Shown: in pieces, positions 36,937 through 38,433 of the stretch
Position numbering within the stretch: position 1 is the first letter of the stretch
Layout of the letters: each line of letters begins with the position of its first letter
Virus record (IMG/VR): IMGVR_UViG_3300005325_000009
Span: 1-38,433 of that record
DNA length: 38,433 bases
Source of the DNA: a virus
Taxonomy: Duplodnaviria > Caudoviricetes
Direction: 5' to 3' (one strand)
Program-made: the position numbers and the translations under genes
Notes under the pieces: model-generated
Told to the model about the DNA's origin: nothing
Databases searched by the model: none
What the model saw: the letters and a program-made list of their open reading frames with translations, nothing else

Positions 36937-37431
36937 ATGTCAGAAGAGAAAAGAAGACCGTCAGACAGCGAGTATGGCCGGCCGTTACCGAAACCGAAAC
37001 CGTTACCGTTCTTGCCGGAGAGGGAATGGCTTTACGGCAGGATAAGTAAGGCGGAATACGAATATGTATATTATCAAGGGAAGATCCAGTATCTCACGGA
37101 TAAGGATACTAAGGAATCTATCCTGGACCCGGAAACCAAGCAGCCGATCGAGCGCCGGCAGTTTGCGATCGAGATCGAGTTAAGGGATTTTTCCCTTCCG
37201 AACGGCGAACCGCGCCGCGCGTGGATTAAGTTGGGCGCGTCAATGGGGGCTAAAGCCAATCTTCCGCAGTTCCTCAGGAATTTAGGGTTTGAGGAACAAA
37301 ATCCTACTGTTCAGGAGATCCTGGATTTTCTGAAAGGGATCGAGGTCAAGTTGCAAATGGCCAATAAAGTGGGAAAAACATCCGGCGAGGATTACCAGGC
37401 GGCGATCTGGGATTCTGTTAAACCTGCATAA
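36937..37431 (+). CDS. Hypothetical protein, possibly ssDNA-binding (OB-like)
   Basis: Beta-rich with S...KA.L..FL..LG...L.G..V pattern; function inferred. Confidence 0.6.
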   Translation: MSEEKRRPSDSEYGRPLPKPKPLPFLPEREWLYGRISKAEYEYVYYQGKIQYLTDKDTKESILDPETKQPIERRQFAIEIELRDFSLPNGEPRRAWIKLGASMGAKANLPQFLRNLGFEEQNPTVQEILDFLKGIEVKLQMANKVGKTSGEDYQAAIWDSVKPA

Positions 37432-37440
37432 CCGCGCGGA

Positions 37441-37481
37441 CACCTCTAGGTTTGTCTTAGGGCAAGCCTAGAGGTGTTTTT
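37441..37481 (+). terminator. Intrinsic terminator
   Basis: cacctctaggtttgtc / ggcaagcctagaggtg stem followed by T5. Confidence 0.75.
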
Positions 37482-37488
37482 ATTAACT

Positions 37489-37812
37489 ATGAAAATTCAT
37501 ACGGTTCGTAATCCGTTCTATTGCCGATCAGGCCAGTTTTCCGGGAAAGGGTATCCCGGGCAGGTGTTGGTAGTGGGAATTGATTTGCACGCTTTAGAAA
37601 CAAATAATCCGTATCAATTTAGGATCGGGAGGAACCCTAAAGTATATTCCCGGGATTCCGCGGAGGTTAAAGCTGTGGCGCAGATCTGGACTAATCGTAG
37701 AGGCAAGAAAGTGGCGATTGTTCCGGTAAAGGTGTTTGAAACGGCAGCGGTTGAGGATCCCGGTCCTCCTCCGTTTAATTACGGTAGCGATATGAGAGGC
37801 CCACTGGATTAA
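37489..37812 (+). CDS. Hypothetical protein
   Basis: Likely ATG 37489 within ORF 37474..37812. Confidence 0.6.
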   Translation: MKIHTVRNPFYCRSGQFSGKGYPGQVLVVGIDLHALETNNPYQFRIGRNPKVYSRDSAEVKAVAQIWTNRRGKKVAIVPVKVFETAAVEDPGPPPFNYGSDMRGPLD

Positions 37813-37818
37813 AAGTTC

Positions 37819-37847
37819 TTGACAGATCCAGGTTTTTATGGTTTAAT
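37819..37847 (+). promoter_or_regulatory. Sigma70-type promoter with extended -10
   Basis: TTGACA, 17 nt, TGgTTTAAT. Confidence 0.65.
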
Positions 37848-37893
37848 AATTCATCAAGGGGGAACTAAAAGATGGGAGAAAAATTATTCGATA

Positions 37894-37930
37894 GCCAGAT
37901 GGTTGGATATGCCGATCATCTGGCGTTTTT
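37894..37930 (+). terminator. Terminator-like hairpin
   Basis: gccagatggttgg / ccgatcatctggc stem followed by gT5. Confidence 0.6.
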
Positions 37931-38283
37931 ATGCCTCGTAAGAAGCGCCCTGGGTACCGGTTGTTCCCCAATGTAAAAGTTCCATCTACCGGGCCTAGGG
38001 TTTTTTATTTGTAACCAATCTACCAGGAGGGAAATAGGCGATAAGTAATTTGACAAGAGAAATGTTTGACTTTGTTTTAGAGGCAGTTGAACATCGGAAT
38101 AATAGGTTATGGACAATGCACTATGATGAGAGATACGAATTAAAATATTCTTTTTTTTCACGGTGAACCTACGAATAATATCATTTCTCCTAACACTCTT
38201 TATGCTTATGGCAGAAAAGTTGTTACATTTGAACCAGGGTTTATAAAAGAAATAATTAAAAATAATTTAGGAGGGTCTAAATA

Positions 38284-38433
38284 ATGCCGGCGATATATCC
38301 CAATAAAGAGTTTACAGGATGGAATAAGGCTAATCTTGATAAGAAATCAAAGTTACTTGCTAAATTTATTAAGAAACACAGGGAATTCATAGGTCATAAT
38401 GAATTAGATAATATGTGCAATAGAATGTTTGAA
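38284..38433 (+). CDS. 3'-truncated hypothetical protein
   Basis: AGGAGG then ATG; MPAIYPNKEFTGWNKANL... open to the window end. Confidence 0.6.
   Translation, partial: MPAIYPNKEFTGWNKANLDKKSKLLAKFIKKHREFIGHNELDNMCNRMFE

Larger units (their letters stand above)
1..38433 (+). mobile_element. Partial genome of a tailed dsDNA bacteriophage (podovirus-like head/tail/ejection module)
   Basis: Co-oriented terminase-portal-scaffold-capsid-adaptor-nozzle-ejection genes, no tape measure or sheath gene, many small overlapping ORFs, no host housekeeping genes. Confidence 0.95.

Noticed and set aside
36837-37049. 70-aa ORF from the track
   Set aside because: Overlaps two better-supported genes (36778..36921 and 36937..37431)
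1-38433. tRNA/rRNA genes, integrase/att sites, stop-codon reassignment
   Set aside because: None recognised; genes are full length and tightly packed under the standard code

Overview
The whole window reads as a contiguous, almost entirely plus-strand piece of a tailed dsDNA phage genome with podovirus-like (P22/N4-type) structural genes; both ends cut through a CDS and no host genes, integrase or polymerase are visible. Gene order: small accessory genes (L-domain-like repeat protein, adenine MTase, DUF4031, DUF1064-like nuclease), terminase small/large, P22-like portal, scaffold, N4-gp56-like major capsid, then a ~11 kb insert, then adaptor, tail/nozzle, membrane proteins, ejection proteins, a 2462-aa polyvalent protein, and an early-type region. 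Three things stand out. (1) The insert is a cassette of 3 glycosyltransferase, 5 methyltransferase and 1 SGNH domains, bracketed by three proteins with 115-200 residue poly-serine tracts; this suggests a phage-built, mucin-like glycan coat on the virion. (2) An intergenic element at 27500-27750 looks like a bacterial oriC: 11-bp-phased DnaA boxes, then DnaA-trios, then AT-rich DNA. (3) A 54-aa ORF missed by the ORF track (35750-35914) looks like a minimal prokaryotic histone. All family calls come from motif recognition by eye, not database searches.
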